From an uncultured archaeon (lineage in GTDB: Archaea; Thermoplasmatota; Poseidoniia; MGIII; CAYLMJ01): a stretch of DNA of 64,000 bases. The notes beneath the pieces were generated by a model that was not told where the DNA came from, did not search any database, and worked only from the letters and a program-made list of their open reading frames with translations. Position numbers and translations under genes: made by a program. The DNA lies in the NCBI GenBank assembly GCA_964384995.1, contig CAYLMJ010000001.1, forward strand, positions 100,408 to 164,407, given 5' to 3'. Every line of letters begins with the position of its first letter. Within the stretch, counting starts at the first letter, position 1. Positions 54,376 through 64,000 of this stretch are shown one piece after another.

Positions 54376-56715
54376 ATGAGTGCGCGGCCGCCACCACCGA
54401 CCCTGACACAGCTTGAGCCATTTTTTCCCCACTGGGAAAAGACCAAGGATCTCATTGACCAGTGCATCGACATCATGCTCAACCAGAGCGAGTCAGGGCA
54501 CCCTGGCGGCTCCCGCTCCAAGGTCCACGGCGCCATCGTCACCCTGCTCTCGGGGATCATGCGGTGGGACATCCGCGATCCAGGGAAACCCTTCGCCGAC
54601 CGCTTCCTGCTGGCCGCTGGCCACACCTGCCCCATGATCTACGGGGCCCTGGCGGTGTTCAACGAGGCCCTGCGCATCAAGCATCAACAGACCGGCGATG
54701 AGCGATACGTGGTGCCCAAGGCCGAGGAGCGCCAGCTGACCTGGGAGGACCTGCTGACCCTGCGTCACATCGGCGGCCTGTCGGGCCACGCCGAGATGAG
54801 CGGCAAGACCCTGCTGTTCAAGTTCAACACCGGACCCTCGGGTCATGGCTTCGCCTCGGCGGTGGGTCAGGCCCTGGCCCTGAAGATGGCGGGTCTGGAC
54901 GAGGTGCGGGTCTTTGGCATCGAGGGCGAGGGCGGTCTCACGGCCGGGGCGGTCCACGAGGCCAAGAACACGGCCTGGGGCCTGGGCCTGGACAACCTGC
55001 TCTTCTACATCGACTGGAACGACTTCGGCATCGACGACCGGGCCTACTCCGAGGTGGTCAGCGGCGAGCCCCGGGACTGGTTCGACCCCTACGGTTGGTA
55101 CACCTCGGGCACCATGGAGGGCTCCAACTGGCAATCGGTCACCCGCAGCTACCTCAACCTCTTCGCCCCCGACGCGCCCAGCGCCCCCAAGGTCTTCTGG
55201 TCCCGCAACCGCAAGGGGCGGGGCTACCACATCTTCGACCAGAAGTCCCACGGCGCGCCCCACAAGCACAACTCCGAGAACTTCTGGAAGGGGCGCAAGG
55301 ACTTCGAGGACACCTACGGGGTCGAGTTCGAGGACCATGGGGCCCCGGCGGCCTCCACCTACGAGGGCCAGCTGGCCCAGACCGAATCCTACCTGCGCAC
55401 CGTCATGGAGGTCCTGGCCGAGGACCAGGAGCTGGTGGACTACCTGGCCGACACCCTGGTGGCCCTGGGCGACGCGGTGCCCAACCAGATCGAAAGCTTC
55501 AGGCTGAGCGAGGGCAACCCCCTGGACGACCCAGCCATCACCGATTATGCCAACTATCCGGCCGACCTCTTCATGCCGGTGGGCTACCGGGCTCCCAACC
55601 GGGCGGGCCTGGCCCGCTGGGGGGCGTGGGTCAACAGCTACTGCGCCAACAAGTACGACCGGCCCCTCTTCATCGCCGCCGCCGCCGATGTGGCTGATTC
55701 CACCAACATCTCCGGTTTCGCCAAGGGCTTCGGCGATTTTGACGGCTGGGACTGGTACCACCGGGACTCCAATCCCACCGGCTGTCTGCTGCCCCAGCCC
55801 ATCACCGAGTTCGCCAACGCCAGCCTCATGGCCGGCCTGGCCTGCGTCAACATGTCGCCCAGCCCCGAGGAGAGTTTCCTGGGCTACCTGGGGGCCTGTT
55901 CCACCTACAGCTCCTTCTCCTATCTCAAGTACGGACCCCTGCGCCTGCTCTCCCAGATCGCCCAGGATTCCGAGCTCAAGCTGGGCCGGGTGCTGTGGAT
56001 CGCCAGCCACTCGGGTCCCGAGACCGCCGAGGACGGCCGGACCCACTTTGGAATCTTCGCCCCGGGGGTCACCTCCCTCTTCCCCAGGGGCCACATCATC
56101 AACCTCCATCCCTGGGAGCACAACGAGGTGCCGGTGGTGCTGGCCGCGGCCCTGGCCACCGAGGTCCCCCTCATCGCCATCCACCTGTCGCGACCCCCGT
56201 TCGAGATACCCGATCGCGAGGGCCTGGGCATGGACCCCCACTGGGAAGCGGCCAAGGGCGCCTACCTCATCCGGGATTTCGATCCCAAGCGACCCCGGGA
56301 GGGGACGGTCATCATCCGGGGCGCCAGCTCCACCAACAATCTGGTGTCGCTCCTGCCCCGCCTTGAGAAGGAGGGGCCCAACCTGAAGATCGTGTCGGCC
56401 ATCTCCTTCGAGCTCTTCCAGCTCCAGACCCCGGAGTATCGCCAGCGGGTCCTCTCGGACTCAGACCTGGCCGACTCCATGGTGATCACCAGCGGCTCCC
56501 TGGACAACATGGCCAACTGGATCGGGCACCCCCTGGTGCGCCAGTACTCCCTGAGCTCCGACTGGGACGACGGCTGGCGGAGCGGCGGCAAGGGCGACGA
56601 GATGGTGGCCGAGGCCCGCCTGGACCCCGATTCCATCTGGGAGGGCATCACCCGCTTTGCGGCGGAGAGGAAGGAGCGCATGGCCCGGCTCAGGGCCGCG
56701 GTACAAGAGGAATGA
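54376..56715 (+). CDS. tkt: Single-chain transketolase-family enzyme
   Basis: SGHPGGS; GHTCP; LSGHAE; GPSGHG; TPP-binding GEGG...WND; C-half ITEF, HSGPETAEDGRTH, IHLSRP. Confidence 0.85.
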   Translation: MSARPPPPTLTQLEPFFPHWEKTKDLIDQCIDIMLNQSESGHPGGSRSKVHGAIVTLLSGIMRWDIRDPGKPFADRFLLAAGHTCPMIYGALAVFNEALRIKHQQTGDERYVVPKAEERQLTWEDLLTLRHIGGLSGHAEMSGKTLLFKFNTGPSGHGFASAVGQALALKMAGLDEVRVFGIEGEGGLTAGAVHEAKNTAWGLGLDNLLFYIDWNDFGIDDRAYSEVVSGEPRDWFDPYGWYTSGTMEGSNWQSVTRSYLNLFAPDAPSAPKVFWSRNRKGRGYHIFDQKSHGAPHKHNSENFWKGRKDFEDTYGVEFEDHGAPAASTYEGQLAQTESYLRTVMEVLAEDQELVDYLADTLVALGDAVPNQIESFRLSEGNPLDDPAITDYANYPADLFMPVGYRAPNRAGLARWGAWVNSYCANKYDRPLFIAAAADVADSTNISGFAKGFGDFDGWDWYHRDSNPTGCLLPQPITEFANASLMAGLACVNMSPSPEESFLGYLGACSTYSSFSYLKYGPLRLLSQIAQDSELKLGRVLWIASHSGPETAEDGRTHFGIFAPGVTSLFPRGHIINLHPWEHNEVPVVLAAALATEVPLIAIHLSRPPFEIPDREGLGMDPHWEAAKGAYLIRDFDPKRPREGTVIIRGASSTNNLVSLLPRLEKEGPNLKIVSAISFELFQLQTPEYRQRVLSDSDLADSMVITSGSLDNMANWIGHPLVRQYSLSSDWDDGWRSGGKGDEMVAEARLDPDSIWEGITRFAAERKERMARLRAAVQEE

Positions 56716-57920
56716 ACATGGTACATCAACTTGCCAAGCGCATGGAGAAAGCGGACACCATCTCGGCCTTCACGGTTTCGGCCGAGGCCCGGGCCTTCGC
56801 GGCCCAGGGACGCAAGGTCTACCCCTTTCATGTGGGAGACCTGAACCTGCCCACGCCTTCCACGATCACCCAGGCCACCATCAAGGCCATGGTGGAGGAG
56901 CGCCGCACCGGCTACTGCCCCTCGGCGGGCATCCCCGAGCTGCGCACCGCCATTGCCGAGGACGTCAGCGCCTCCCACCATGTGGAGTATGCCATGGAGA
57001 ACGTGGTGGTGCAGACCGGGGGCAAACCGGTCATCGGTAAGTTCCTGATCACCCTGATGAACCCCGGCGACGGGGTCATCTACCCCGACCCGGGCTACCC
57101 CCTCTACATGTCCCTGGCCGAGTTCTACGGCGGGGTCACCTATCCCTACGGTTACATCGACACCCCCGAGGGTCTGATGATGGACTTTGAGGCCATCGAG
57201 GCGGCCTTCGCCAAGGGAGCCAAGATATTCGTCTACAACAACTACCACAACCCCACCAGCGCCGCCTCGCCCCCCGAGGAGATGGAGCGGCTGGCCGACC
57301 TGGTGCGGGAGCACGACGCCTGGGTGCTGGCTGATGAGGCCTACTTCGACATGCGCTACGAGGGCGAGGGACGCTCCATCGTGGAGCTGGAGGGCATGGC
57401 CGAGCGGACGGTCATCCTCTACACCTTCTCCAAGAAATACGCCATGACCGGCTGGCGGCTGGGGGCGGCCATCGGTCCCAAGGAGGTCTGCGCCGGCATC
57501 GCCAAGATGAACGTCAACGACGAGTCGTGCACCAACCACTTTGTCCAGTGGGGGGCCATCGCCGGCCTTCAGGGACCCCAGGATGAGGTGTGGGGCCTGC
57601 TCACGACCCTGCGGGAGCGCCGTGACGCCGCCGTGGCCCAGCTGAAGGGCATCGACGGCCTGAACATGCACATCCCCTCCTCGACCTTCTACCTCTGGCC
57701 TGATGTGTCGGGTCTGATGGAGCGCAAGGGCTACGATGACGTGGAGGCCTTCCGAAAGGGTGTCATGGAGGCTACCGGGGTCTCGTTCTGCTCCCGGGTC
57801 CAGTTCGGCCGCATCCAGCCCGGCGAGACCGGCCACTACATCAGGCTGGCCTACTCGGGCATCGACGTCCCGGCCATCAAGGAGGGCCTGGGCCTCTTTG
57901 CGGAATGGGCGGCGGAGTAG
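56712..57920 (+). CDS. PLP-dependent aminotransferase class I/II (aspartate aminotransferase-like)
   Basis: PDPGYP; NNYHNPT; ADEAY; TFSKKYAMTGWRLG. ATGA overlap with the transketolase stop. Confidence 0.93.
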   Translation: MNMVHQLAKRMEKADTISAFTVSAEARAFAAQGRKVYPFHVGDLNLPTPSTITQATIKAMVEERRTGYCPSAGIPELRTAIAEDVSASHHVEYAMENVVVQTGGKPVIGKFLITLMNPGDGVIYPDPGYPLYMSLAEFYGGVTYPYGYIDTPEGLMMDFEAIEAAFAKGAKIFVYNNYHNPTSAASPPEEMERLADLVREHDAWVLADEAYFDMRYEGEGRSIVELEGMAERTVILYTFSKKYAMTGWRLGAAIGPKEVCAGIAKMNVNDESCTNHFVQWGAIAGLQGPQDEVWGLLTTLRERRDAAVAQLKGIDGLNMHIPSSTFYLWPDVSGLMERKGYDDVEAFRKGVMEATGVSFCSRVQFGRIQPGETGHYIRLAYSGIDVPAIKEGLGLFAEWAAE

Positions 57921-57940
57921 TCGATTAACCGGGGACCGTT

Positions 57941-58327
57941 TCAAGCCCTTTCGATCAATTCGAGCCAGATGCCATTGGGGTCCAGCAGGAAGGCCAGCTT
58001 GCTGTCCGAACCAGGGAGACTGTAGGGTTCCTTGGCCACCTTCACACCGGCCTTGCGGGCCTCCTCCACCAGGGCCGCCACATCCTCCACATGGAAGGCC
58101 AGATGGTCCAGCTCGTCCCCCTCGGCCCAGTCATCATCGGCCTTGTCCCACCAGTGGGTAAGCTCCAGCAGGGTGCCGGTGGTCGGGCATTTCAGGAAGG
58201 CTATCTCGGCCCGGTTGGAGGGTATCTCGTGGCGGCGGTCCAGCTCCAGACCGAGCCACCTCTGGTAGAAGGCCAGCGAGGTCTCCATGTCCTTCACGGT
58301 GATGGAGGTGTGGGCGAACGAGGGCAT
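57941..58327 (-). CDS. VOC family protein (glyoxalase I / lactoylglutathione lyase-like)
   Basis: HTSITV; LELTH; HLAFHVED; FLLDPNGIWLELIE. Confidence 0.9.
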   Translation of the reverse strand: MPSFAHTSITVKDMETSLAFYQRWLGLELDRRHEIPSNRAEIAFLKCPTTGTLLELTHWWDKADDDWAEGDELDHLAFHVEDVAALVEEARKAGVKVAKEPYSLPGSDSKLAFLLDPNGIWLELIERA

Positions 58328-58473
58328 GGGAGGGGTAGGGACAAGGAGGCTAAAAAGCTGGGCTTTGGCAAGGCAGGCAGGATCTGTCTTGATTGTGACA
58401 TTTCAGCTCCAATCTCGTCTTTTGTCGACGATGAGCACTACTATTAACTACATCTCTAAGAGGCTTGCAAGAC

Positions 58474-60123
58474 CTATTTCTTGCCCTTCTTCGTCTCGGC
58501 CGCAACATCGGCCACCGCCGCGTCTATGGCCGACCCCGACTGGTCTTTCGGTTCAGCCTGGTCAACCTTGTCAGCCTTGGTGGGGGAGGCGTCTGCTTCG
58601 GTCTTGGGCTCCGGTTCAGTGGCAATGGCCGAGGCGGCTTCCGAGAAGCCGGTGATGGCACCCCGGGCCACGGCACCCAGCATGTCCATCACACCGATGG
58701 GTTTGGACTCTTCCGGGGCCGGAGCCTCCGTTGGGAGCGTTTCCGGCGGGGAGGATGGAGGAGGGGTTGACGAGGGGGATGGTGACGGGGGTGAGGGAGC
58801 CGAGGCCGGTGATGAGGTGGCCGGCCTGCTTTCCGAGGATGGGGTGGTCTCCGATCTGGTTGGGGCCACGATGTCCACGCCATCGAAATCGGCCTTGGAA
58901 CCTGGAGAGGGGGTGAACGAGAGACCGCTGGAGGACTGAGGTGGAGAGGTGGTGGCGGGACGAGGGGTCGATGGCCGGGAGGGGGCTGGAGGCGGCGCGG
59001 TCCCGGACCTGGGCACAAGGCCTTCCACAGTTCTGGCCCTCTGGGCCTTGAGTCGTTGGAGCTCTTGCAGAGGTGACAGACGGGGGGCATCCCTGAGCGA
59101 GGGTGTGGGTTCGGATGGTGGCGGAGAGGGAGGGGCCTGAGGCATTGTCGGGCCGGGCATCGACGGAGGCTGACCACCCGGCGGCGGACCGGCGAAGGGG
59201 TAGGCGCTTTGAGTGATGGGAACTCCGGGCTGGGGCATCGGTTGAGGAGCAGTCGTCTCAGGCATCCGGGATGAGCGGGTTCGGGCATCCTTGGCCTCAT
59301 CCGGGGTGCGTCTCGACCTACGGCTGGCTCCCCGGGGTTTGAAGAGGGGGCGGCGCCTGGAGCCCTTGGAAGCGGCCCTCCCTTGACCGCCGGGAACGGC
59401 TCCGGACTGAGAGGGTTCGGGTTGCGGCCGGGGCCACGAAGGCTGGGGACCGGTCCAGACCCTGGCTGTCGGTATCGAGGGTTCGCTGGGAATCTGGACC
59501 CATCGCTCCTTGCTCGCAGGAGCTGGAGGGGGAGCTTCCGTTGTTTCGGGGCCAGGTTCCGCGGGTGGGGAGGAGGGTGTTGAAGGTCGCTCACTCCCGG
59601 GCTGGACCGCCGATGTTGGCAGGGGTGCCTGAGCCCCGGGAGCCGCTCCGCCCCCCCACTCGACTATCTCGCCGTGACGCCGGCGCAGTTCACCCAGACC
59701 CTCAAGGTCCAGGCCATCATCCGTGGCCCTGTACCTCCTGCGACCCCTGCTCGCCCTCGGGGCAGGCCGGCCATAGAGGGTCCTGGCACCCCACCAGAAG
59801 AGGAGCACCTGCAGAGCCGCCAGGAGAGCCAACAGACCCTTCTCCAGGGTTTGCAGTCTGATACCGGCCGCGGCCAGGAAGTCCAGACCCACGATCACGG
59901 TCCCCACCAGGACCAACGCCCAGAGCGTCCCGGCCACCAGACCGTAGAAGGTGGACCAGCTCTCGGGCAGCTTTCGGGCACCCTCGTGACCACCCAGGAA
60001 GGGGGCCACCACGAGGATGACCACGAAGCCCGCTATGGGGATGGGGATCAGGATCAAGCTCACCACGATGACTATGTAGCCTCTCAGGAGAGCCTTGGCA
60101 AAGTCGGTGGTGGTGACGGCCAT
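58474..60123 (-). CDS. Membrane-anchored protein: N-terminal 4-TM domain plus roughly 400-aa Pro/Ser/Ala-rich disordered region
   Basis: ATG 60123 with a TTTAAA box about 26-30 nt upstream; hydrophobic N-terminus; low-complexity remainder; only long ORF spanning the locus. Confidence 0.7.
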   Translation of the reverse strand: MAVTTTDFAKALLRGYIVIVVSLILIPIPIAGFVVILVVAPFLGGHEGARKLPESWSTFYGLVAGTLWALVLVGTVIVGLDFLAAAGIRLQTLEKGLLALLAALQVLLFWWGARTLYGRPAPRASRGRRRYRATDDGLDLEGLGELRRRHGEIVEWGGGAAPGAQAPLPTSAVQPGSERPSTPSSPPAEPGPETTEAPPPAPASKERWVQIPSEPSIPTARVWTGPQPSWPRPQPEPSQSGAVPGGQGRAASKGSRRRPLFKPRGASRRSRRTPDEAKDARTRSSRMPETTAPQPMPQPGVPITQSAYPFAGPPPGGQPPSMPGPTMPQAPPSPPPSEPTPSLRDAPRLSPLQELQRLKAQRARTVEGLVPRSGTAPPPAPSRPSTPRPATTSPPQSSSGLSFTPSPGSKADFDGVDIVAPTRSETTPSSESRPATSSPASAPSPPSPSPSSTPPPSSPPETLPTEAPAPEESKPIGVMDMLGAVARGAITGFSEAASAIATEPEPKTEADASPTKADKVDQAEPKDQSGSAIDAAVADVAAETKKGKK

Positions 60124-60378
60124 TGGATAGGGTAAACGGGTGCCAGGGTTTAAAGCCTGCCCGCTGGCGGGGGTGGTTGCGCCCATTGGGAAGGGGTTGG
60201 GACCGGTTCACCATTGATGTTCTTTGACGATAGCTAGGGGGCACAACTTATCAAGGGCCGAGAGCTATTGGGTCATGAACATGACCGACCTACGATCCTT
60301 CGTCCTCGAACCGAGCCCACAGGCCATACCAGGCTCATTCAGAGGGAGCCTCCAACCATCGGCAAAGGGAGGCCTCCA

Positions 60379-61941
60379 ATGAGCCCCACCGCGAGAGCGA
60401 GAGCCATGGACCGGGCCGAGGTGGAACGCCTGCTGGACAGCATTCCCCTGCCGGGTCTCATCACCGGCGAGCTGAGCCGCATCATCCGGGCCAACGAGGC
60501 ACTGGTGAACCTGCTGGGCTTTCCCGAGGGCGAGCTGACCCAGTACACCCTGCTCGACCTGGTCGACAACACCCAGCTCATGGACGCGGCCAAGCTCTTC
60601 ACCCTGCTGGAATCGGAGGCCCGGGTGGACCGGGAGCTATCCCTGAGGCGCAACCGGGGCGACCCCATGGACCTGCGCTGGATCGGCATCGTGCTGGGCG
60701 ACCTTCAGCTCCACCTCTTCGACACCAACGAGGCCGGCATCGAACTGCCCGTCACGGCTCCGGTGAGGGACCTGCAGGCCGAATCGGAACTGGCCCGCAC
60801 CAATCGCATGCTCAAGGATGACCTGAAGCGCCTGCGTGAGAAGGACCATTTCAACACCCACATCCAGGAATCACTGCGGGCGCTGTTGATGGTCCTGGAC
60901 CAGAACAACCGCATCATCACCCTGAACACAGCCGCCGAGCACATCCTGGGGGTGAACCTGAACGAGGTGGGCGGCACAGACTTCTTCCAGCTGGACCTGC
61001 CGGTGCAGTTCGACGGCCTGTCCGATGGTCTGCGACGGGTGCGGGAGACCCGGGAGACCATGTACGTCGAAGGGCTGGAGTACCTCAACGGCGAGGGACA
61101 GCTGGGCTACCTGGCCCTGACCTACGTGCCCCTGGAGGATGACTACGAGAAGGTGACGGGGATCATCGCCCTGGGCGAGGACATCACCCAGCGCATCCGG
61201 CTGGAGGAGCAGCTGGAGGCCAAGGCCGCCGAACTGGCCCACTCCAACAAGGAGCTGGAGAGCTTCACCTACGTCGTATCCCACGACCTGAAGGAACCCC
61301 TGCGCTCCATCTCGGCCTTCTCCACCTTCCTGCTGGAGGATTACAAGGAGCGGCTGGACGAACAGGGGGTCGAGTACCTGGCCATCCTGGTGCGTTCGGC
61401 CGAAAGGATGCGCCAGCTCATCGAGGACCTGCTGGAGCTCTCGCGGATCGGCAGGGTCAGGGAGAAGGCCACCTGGGTGGACCTCAACACCCTGTTGCCC
61501 GAGGTGGTGGAGGACCTCTCCACGGCCATCGAGGAGCGCAAGGTCCAGCTGCGCATCGAACCCGAGCTGCCCCTGGTGTACGGAGAGAAGGTGCGGGTCC
61601 GCCAGCTCTTCGCCAACCTGGTCTCCAATGCCATCAAGTTCAACACCAGTCCCCATCCCGAGGTGGAGGTGGGCTTCAGGCCCGGGACCCGTACCAACAC
61701 CCTGTATGTCAGGGACAACGGCCCGGGCATCGATCCCCGCTACCACGAGAAGATATTCCAGATCTTCCAGCGCCTGGGCCTGCGTGACGAGGTGGAGGGC
61801 ACCGGGGCCGGTCTGACCATCTGCCGCAAGATAGTGGAGGACCTGGGAGGCCAGCTGTGGGTCGAGTCCGAAGAAGGACAGGGGGCCAACTTCCTCTTCA
61901 CCATGCCCCGTGGTGGGTCGCCGGAGGAGGTGGAAGAATGA
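60379..61941 (+). CDS. PAS-domain sensor histidine kinase (Cph1-like kinase core)
   Basis: Two PAS-like regions; H-box SHDLKEPLRSI; N-box NLVSNAIKF; G1 DNGPGI; F-box FQIFQRL; G2 GTGAGL. Start ATG 60379 after GGAGG. Confidence 0.92.
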   Translation: MSPTARARAMDRAEVERLLDSIPLPGLITGELSRIIRANEALVNLLGFPEGELTQYTLLDLVDNTQLMDAAKLFTLLESEARVDRELSLRRNRGDPMDLRWIGIVLGDLQLHLFDTNEAGIELPVTAPVRDLQAESELARTNRMLKDDLKRLREKDHFNTHIQESLRALLMVLDQNNRIITLNTAAEHILGVNLNEVGGTDFFQLDLPVQFDGLSDGLRRVRETRETMYVEGLEYLNGEGQLGYLALTYVPLEDDYEKVTGIIALGEDITQRIRLEEQLEAKAAELAHSNKELESFTYVVSHDLKEPLRSISAFSTFLLEDYKERLDEQGVEYLAILVRSAERMRQLIEDLLELSRIGRVREKATWVDLNTLLPEVVEDLSTAIEERKVQLRIEPELPLVYGEKVRVRQLFANLVSNAIKFNTSPHPEVEVGFRPGTRTNTLYVRDNGPGIDPRYHEKIFQIFQRLGLRDEVEGTGAGLTICRKIVEDLGGQLWVESEEGQGANFLFTMPRGGSPEEVEE

Positions 61942-62408
61942 GCGAGCTGGGCACCCGGCGCTCCATCAGGATCCTGCTGGTTGAGGACAACCCCGACGAC
62001 GTTGCCATCACCCGACGGGCCCTGTCCAAGGGAGCCCTGGACGACAAGCTCATCGTGGCCCGGGATGGTCAGGAGGCCCTGGACATGCTTCATCGGCGAG
62101 GCGACTATGCCGGACCCTCGGCGGTACCTTTCCCCGACCTGATCCTGCTGGACCTGAACCTGCCCCGAGTGGATGGCCGGGAGGTGCTCAAGGAGGTCAA
62201 GGCCGACATGACCCTCAAACGGATACCCATCATCGTGCTCACAACCTCCCAGAGCGATGAGGACATCGTGAACACTTATGGCCTGGGGGTCAATACCTAC
62301 ATTCGCAAGCCGGTGAACTTCGACCGGTTCCAAGAGGTGGTCCGAACGTTGCACAACTACTGGGTTTCCGTGGCTTCCCTGCCCTCGCGGATGGAGGTGG
62401 ACCGATGA
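61938..62408 (+). CDS. Stand-alone response regulator receiver (Rcp1-like)
   Basis: ILLVEDNPDD; PDLILLDLNLPRVDGREVL; IPIIVLTTS; YIRKPVNF. ATGA overlap with the kinase stop. Confidence 0.93.
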   Translation: MSELGTRRSIRILLVEDNPDDVAITRRALSKGALDDKLIVARDGQEALDMLHRRGDYAGPSAVPFPDLILLDLNLPRVDGREVLKEVKADMTLKRIPIIVLTTSQSDEDIVNTYGLGVNTYIRKPVNFDRFQEVVRTLHNYWVSVASLPSRMEVDR

Positions 62409-64000
62409 CCCGGGTCCTGCTGGTGGAGGACAGCCCCACGGACACGATGATCATCAAGCGCCTGCTGGATCGCGATGACCACACCTTCGAACTGGAGACC
62501 GCGGCCACCGGCGCCGAGGCCGACCGGCTCCTGGCCAGCGGCTCGTTCGACTGTCTGGTCCTGGACCACATGCTCCCCGATACCAACTCCCTGGAGTACC
62601 TGCGCCATATCAGGGAGGGTTTCGGCGAACTGCCGGTGGTGATCATCACCGGCCAGAAACACGACTGGATCCGCCACAGCTCCCTGGAACTGGGTGCCAG
62701 CCATTTCCTGAGCAAGGATGAGGTCCTGAAAGGGGCCCTGCCCGGAGCGATCCTGTCGGCCACAGAATCCAGCCGCCAATCCCCGCAAGAGGGTGAGGAT
62801 GAGGAAACCGCTGAGGACGAAGCCAGCGGACGCCCCTCTCCCGAGGCACTCTACCGGACCCTGCTGGACACCATGCGCGGGGGGGTCCTGACCCTGGACG
62901 GCCGGGGCAACATCACATTCTCCAATCCCCAGGCCGGCGAGCTGATGGGGAAACCGGCCGCCCATCTGCTGGGCCGCTCCCTGGACACCTTCATCTCCGC
63001 CGAGGAGGGGACCCTCCATCGCGAACACCAGCAGGAGGTGAACGCGGGAGCCATCTGCACCTACGAGCTGATGGTCCAGCCGGCGGGGCGGAAGCCGATA
63101 CCGGTGCACGTCTCCCACGCGCCCCTGCGGGACCAGGAGGGCACCATCACCGGCTCCATCCTGGTACTGTCCAACATCAGCGACCTGCGGGCCGCCCAGG
63201 TTGAACTGACGCAATCCCAGGCCCGCTACCGCACCCTCATCGAGATCGCCCCCGAGGCCATAGTTCATTTCGACCTGGCGGGGACCATCCAGTACCACAA
63301 CGACCAGCTGTGCCGCCTGACCGGCTACACCGCCCTGGAACTGGAGGGCATCAAGGTGGATCATATCCTGCTGACGGACGACAAGATCGACCTGGAGGGC
63401 CTCTATCGCCAGGCGGTGGAGGATGAACAATTCGCGCGGACCTTCCAGGCTCGGATCCTGACCCGGACCGGCCATGTGCGCCATGTCGAGGTCTCCACCG
63501 CGGCCGTGGAGGAGAGCGGCTCGATGCGGGGCATCATCGCCTACGTGCGGGACGACACCCTGCGGTTCGCCGCCGAGCGGCAGATAAGGCAGGCCAAGGC
63601 CACCGCCGAGTTCGCCTCGGACCTGCTCTCCCACGATATCAACAATCTCAACCAGGGCACCAAGGGCTACCTGGAGCTCCTGCTGGAGCAGACAAGGGTG
63701 GATGATACCGCCAACCGGCTGACCAACCAGGCCCTGGAGCAGGTGGAATCCTCCTCCCGTTTGATCCACGAGGTCCGACATCTGCTGGACATCCGGGGTC
63801 AGACCCCCGCCCTGGAACCGGTGGACCAGGTGACCACCATCCAGCGTGTCTTGGAGCAGGTGCGGGCCCGGTATCCCAAACGGGAGCTCTCCATCGAGGT
63901 CGAGACCCCCGAGGAGGCCCATGCCCTGGCCACCGGCCTGCTGGGGGACCTCTACTTGAACCTGCTGGACAACGGGGTCAAGTACAATCCCAACCCCGAA
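62405..64000 (+). CDS. Hybrid receiver-PAS-PAS histidine kinase (partial, runs off the right edge)
   Basis: Hand translation: MTRVLLVEDSPTD...CLVLDHMLPD...PVVIITG...FLSK (receiver); two PAS domains; H-box SHDINNLNQ; N-box NLLDNGVKYN at the window end. Confidence 0.9.
   Translation, partial: MTRVLLVEDSPTDTMIIKRLLDRDDHTFELETAATGAEADRLLASGSFDCLVLDHMLPDTNSLEYLRHIREGFGELPVVIITGQKHDWIRHSSLELGASHFLSKDEVLKGALPGAILSATESSRQSPQEGEDEETAEDEASGRPSPEALYRTLLDTMRGGVLTLDGRGNITFSNPQAGELMGKPAAHLLGRSLDTFISAEEGTLHREHQQEVNAGAICTYELMVQPAGRKPIPVHVSHAPLRDQEGTITGSILVLSNISDLRAAQVELTQSQARYRTLIEIAPEAIVHFDLAGTIQYHNDQLCRLTGYTALELEGIKVDHILLTDDKIDLEGLYRQAVEDEQFARTFQARILTRTGHVRHVEVSTAAVEESGSMRGIIAYVRDDTLRFAAERQIRQAKATAEFASDLLSHDINNLNQGTKGYLELLLEQTRVDDTANRLTNQALEQVESSSRLIHEVRHLLDIRGQTPALEPVDQVTTIQRVLEQVRARYPKRELSIEVETPEEAHALATGLLGDLYLNLLDNGVKYNPNPE

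Noticed and set aside
60379-61941. Bacteriophytochrome
   Set aside because: The kinase core is Cph1-like, but there is no GAF-PHY module or chromophore-binding cysteine context.

Overview
High-GC archaeal DNA, inferred to be an uncultured Thermoplasmatota genome. The evidence is GGTGA Shine-Dalgarno sites, TATA-box promoters, a ferredoxin plus digeranylgeranylglycerophospholipid reductase pair, a COG4860 regulator, a TtuA/Ctu1-type thiolase and a CDIN1/TPD nuclease. No rRNA, tRNA, CRISPR array, transposase or prophage was found. About 45 kb encodes giant secreted or membrane-anchored surface proteins: a WD40/PKD protein (partial), a 12-Asp-box propeller protein, an M6 metalloprotease, three tandem paralogs of roughly 1750-1950 aa, a propeller-PKD-membrane protein and a carboxypeptidase-regulatory-like repeat protein. 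The remainder is housekeeping: a Ca2+/cation exchanger, a lipid/tRNA-modification operon, a CDF transporter, a MacB/LolCDE-type ABC system, transketolase, aminotransferase, glyoxalase and a two-component cluster. Best candidate for a new system: the three-paralog array at 17534-34364. It carries lectin-like cassettes that appear reciprocally swapped between two slots and a domain resembling a phage/contractile-injection baseplate wedge. It shares a membrane anchor plus cytoplasmic Zn-ribbon tail with three other surface proteins, and a TAAGGAT promoter motif with the Asp-box gene. All homology calls are by-eye motif recognition; no database searches were run. Several start codons were moved from the ORF track using SD/TATA evidence.
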